From Acidobacteriota bacterium (GTDB lineage Bacteria > Acidobacteriota > Thermoanaerobaculia > Multivoradales > UBA5704): a stretch of 16,630 bases of DNA. Position 1 is the stretch's first letter. Each line of letters begins with the position of its first letter. The stretch is taken from positions 1 to 16,630 of the forward strand of contig JBDTZG010000090.1 of NCBI GenBank assembly GCA_040005235.1, in the 5' to 3' direction. Under the pieces are notes generated by a model. It had not been told where the DNA came from. It ran no database searches and was given only the letters and a program-made list of their open reading frames with translations. The translations under genes were made by a program, and so were the position numbers. Positions 14,150 through 16,630 of this stretch are shown here, piece by piece.

Positions 14150-14644
14150 ATGGGTTCAGCCGATTTCATCCTCTACGAAGAGGAATACGCGAGCTTGGAA
14201 GAGGCGCTCCGGCGTTTACGCCAGGAAGCCAACGCCAAAGCCGTCTTCCTGATCGACAAAAACGGCCAGCAAATCGCGGCCGCGGGGGAGATCGAGCAGT
14301 TCGACGCGACCTCGCTCGCCTCTCTCACCGCCGGCAACGTCGCAGCGACCGACGGTCTCGCCAAGCTGATCGGCGAGCGGGAGTTCTCGGTCCTGTTCCA
14401 CGAGGGGCAGCAAGACCACATCCACATCTCGATCGTCGCCAAGCGGGCGATCCTGGTCGTCATCTTCGACGAGCGGTCATCGCTCGGGCTGGTGCGGCTG
14501 CGGGTGAAGAGGGCGAGCGTCGATCTGGAGCGCATCTTCGAGACCATGCTGCAGAAGGGGGAGCGAGGGGATTCTTCGACCGGCCCCGCGAGCCCATTTT
14601 CCGAGATTACCGACGAGGACATCGACGCTCTGTTCAGCGAGTGA
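14150..14644 (+). CDS. mglB: MglB, Roadblock/LC7-domain GAP of MglA (164 aa)
   Basis: ATG 14150 with SD GAGGT. Motifs YEEE, ANAK.VFL.DKNGQ, TSLASLTAGNVAA..GLAKLIGE.EF...FHEG, SLGLVRLR and C-terminal SPF.E..D.DID.LFSE are closely like Myxococcus MglB. It lies directly before mglA. Confidence 0.95.
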   Translation: MGSADFILYEEEYASLEEALRRLRQEANAKAVFLIDKNGQQIAAAGEIEQFDATSLASLTAGNVAATDGLAKLIGEREFSVLFHEGQQDHIHISIVAKRAILVVIFDERSSLGLVRLRVKRASVDLERIFETMLQKGERGDSSTGPASPFSEITDEDIDALFSE

Positions 14645-14728
14645 CGGCTGGGGTTTGCGCCCGCGACGTAACTTCTCTCGCTCTCGCATCCTTCAGCCGC
14701 CCAAATCGCCGACCGAGGTTGTACGACC

Positions 14729-15313
14729 ATGACGTTCATCAACTACGCCAGCAAGGAGATCAACTGCAAGATCGTCTATTACGGCCCCGGGCTCGGGGGC
14801 AAGACGACCAACTTGCAGTATATCTACAATAAAACCTCGCCCGATTCGAAGGGCAAGATGATCTCGCTCGCGACCGAGGCGGATCGCACCCTGTTCTTCG
14901 ATTTCCTGCCGCTCGATCTCGGCAGCATCCGGGGCTTCACCACCCGATTCCATCTCTATACGGTGCCGGGCCAGGTGTTCTACGACGCCAGCCGTAAATT
15001 GATCCTGAAGGGTGTGGACGGCGTGGTCTTCGTGGCCGACAGCCAGGAGGAGCGGATGGAGGCGAACATCGAATCGATCCGCAACCTCGAGGCGAACCTG
15101 AAAGAGCATGGCTACGATCTGCCGACCATTCCCTACGCGCTCCAATTCAACAAGCGGGACCTGCCCGGCGCGTTGGCGGTCGACCAGATGTATCGGGTGC
15201 TGAATTACAAGCGCGAGCCGACTTTCGAGGCGGTGGCGACCACCGGAATCGGCGTCTTCGACACTTTGAAATCGGTCGCCAAGCAAATCTTGATCGAGCT
15301 GCGCAAACGATAG
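14729..15313 (+). CDS. mglA: MglA, small Ras-like GTPase (194 aa)
   Basis: FINY...[20 protein letters not shown] (G1), [10 protein letters not shown] (intrinsic Arg finger/G2), YTVPGQVFY (G3), NKRDLP (G4), AVA.TG.GVFDTLK. Confidence 0.97.
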   Translation: MTFINYASKEINCKIVYYGPGLGGKTTNLQYIYNKTSPDSKGKMISLATEADRTLFFDFLPLDLGSIRGFTTRFHLYTVPGQVFYDASRKLILKGVDGVVFVADSQEERMEANIESIRNLEANLKEHGYDLPTIPYALQFNKRDLPGALAVDQMYRVLNYKREPTFEAVATTGIGVFDTLKSVAKQILIELRKR

Positions 15314-15335
15314 TCCCAGGAGAGCCCCAGAGAAG

Positions 15336-16010
15336 ATGGCCAAACGTTGGCAGAAGGAAGACCTCTCGTACCTCAAACGGTACGGCAAGACGAAGAGCAT
15401 CGACGAGCTCGCCGTCCGCTTCAAGACCGACGAAAAGACCGTGCGCGCCGCCTTGATCGAGGTGGGCGTATTGCCGGCGCCGAAAGAGAAAGCGACCGTC
15501 GCGTTCTCGCGCCCGGCCGGGCCGCGCCCGGAGGCCGATCCGCTGGTCGAGCAGCTGACGAAGGGTCTCGCGCTGCTGCAAAAGCAGGAGTGGGCCAAGG
15601 CCGCCGCCGAGCTCGAAAAAGTGATCGCGGGCGACGAGCCGTCGCTCACCGCTCGGGCGAAGCAGTTCCTCGCGATCTGCCGCCAGAAGCTCGCGGAGGC
15701 GGGTGCCCCCTCGGGCGACTCGGCCGAGCCCAACGATCCGTTCCTCGAAGCGGTGATGCTGCGCAACCGGGGCGACGTCAAGGCCGCTTTGGAGCTGGCG
15801 CGCCGCGGCGGTCGCGACAAGAAGGACGAGCGGTTCGCTCTCCTGGTAGCCTCGATCCACGCCGCGGAAGGTCGCCTCGACGAGGCGGCCAAGGCGCTCG
15901 GCCAGGCGATCGAGCTCAACCCCAGGAATCGAGTCCATGCGTTCCACGACGCCGACTTTGTCGAGCTTCGACGGCACCCCGAGCACCGCCACCTCTTCGA
16001 GCTCCCCTAG
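15336..16010 (+). CDS. TPR-containing protein with N-terminal short HTH/Myb-like segment (224 aa)
   Basis: N-terminus [37 protein letters not shown], a Pro/Ala linker, then TPR helices ([11 protein letters not shown]; [18 protein letters not shown]) and a capping motif [13 protein letters not shown]-like AGGAG upstream. Confidence 0.75.
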   Translation: MAKRWQKEDLSYLKRYGKTKSIDELAVRFKTDEKTVRAALIEVGVLPAPKEKATVAFSRPAGPRPEADPLVEQLTKGLALLQKQEWAKAAAELEKVIAGDEPSLTARAKQFLAICRQKLAEAGAPSGDSAEPNDPFLEAVMLRNRGDVKAALELARRGGRDKKDERFALLVASIHAAEGRLDEAAKALGQAIELNPRNRVHAFHDADFVELRRHPEHRHLFELP

Positions 16011-16630
16011 GCGCGCGCAGCACGCCGCGGGGCTCTCCCTGGTCGCGGTCGGCGGCGGCACGGGGCTGTCCGTCGTGCTTCGGGGGCTCAAGCACCACGT
16101 CGGGACCCGCCAGCTGCGCCAGTTGACGGGGGTGGTCACAGTCACCGACGACGGCGGTTCCTCCGGCCGCCTGCGCCGTGAGCTGGGCGTGCTCCCGCCG
16201 GGAGACATCCGCAACTGCCTGGTCGCCCTGGCCGACGACGAAGCGCTGCTCGCCCGGCTGTTCCAATACCGCTTTCCCGCGGGGGACGGCCTGCTCGGCC
16301 ATTCGTTCGGCAATTTGTTTTTGACCGCGCTCACCGGCATCACCGGCGATTTCCACCAGGCGATCCTCACGGCGGAATCGATCCTCTCGGTCCGCGGCAA
16401 GGTCTTTCCCGCGACCTTGACCGACGTGGTGCTCCGCGGCCGCGGCGTCTCGGGCACGCTCTACCAGGGCGAATCGGCGGTCGGCGGCTCGAACGAGCGT
16501 CTGGAAGGGATCGAGATCGATCCGCCGGCCCCCCCGGCTTTTCCGCCTGCGTTTTCGGCGCTCGAACGGGCGGATCTGATCCTGCTCGGCCCCGGCTCGC
16601 TCTACACCTCGATCCTGCCGAACCTGCTGA
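15937..16630 (+). CDS. yvcK: YvcK/GlmR (CofD-related, UDP-GlcNAc-binding) family protein, 3'-truncated
   Basis: Not in the ORF track because it has no stop in the window. Translation: [18 protein letters not shown]...[34 protein letters not shown]...LFQYRF...[12 protein letters not shown]...GES...[20 protein letters not shown]. The first in-frame ATG after TAG 15847 is 15937; the start is uncertain. Confidence 0.92.
   Translation, partial: MRSTTPTLSSFDGTPSTATSSSSPRRAQHAAGLSLVAVGGGTGLSVVLRGLKHHVGTRQLRQLTGVVTVTDDGGSSGRLRRELGVLPPGDIRNCLVALADDEALLARLFQYRFPAGDGLLGHSFGNLFLTALTGITGDFHQAILTAESILSVRGKVFPATLTDVVLRGRGVSGTLYQGESAVGGSNERLEGIEIDPPAPPAFPPAFSALERADLILLGPGSLYTSILPNLL

Noticed and set aside
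20-16457. Many long alternative-frame or antisense ORFs (e.g. 20-949, 1817-2923, 2920-4386, 6317-8509, 7422-8948, 14693-15919, 15147-16457)
   Set aside because: These are expected shadows in high-GC DNA. They have no recognisable motifs and overlap well-supported genes.

Overview
High-GC bacterial window. The gene styles (IPTL-CTERM surface protein, kinase-TolB-like-TPR protein, DUF1573, mglBA) suggest Acidobacteriota, possibly Thermoanaerobaculia; this is inference only. The left end is the 3' part of a large surface protein with a P-domain, two PKD-like repeats and an IPTL-CTERM tail, followed by a bidirectional terminator. Converging on it is a minus-strand run: DUF1573 exported protein, Ser/Thr kinase-TPR, zinc-ribbon/class III cyclase/AAA-ATPase/TPR protein, three tandem paralogous ~80-aa genes, YcaO and TfuA. 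The right half is plus-strand housekeeping and polarity genes: mpl, a DUF2318-type Fe-S protein, mglB, mglA, an HTH-TPR protein and a truncated yvcK/glmR-like gene that the ORF track misses. The main candidate for a new system is the compact YcaO-TfuA thioamidation locus (1562-5068). Its three small genes share an N-terminal V-x-[DE]-[SD]-G-x-V-Y-x-[VI]-T-L-G motif and a C-terminal I-M-G-T-[FL]-V-[NK]-[LV]-P motif, and they match no RiPP class I recognise.
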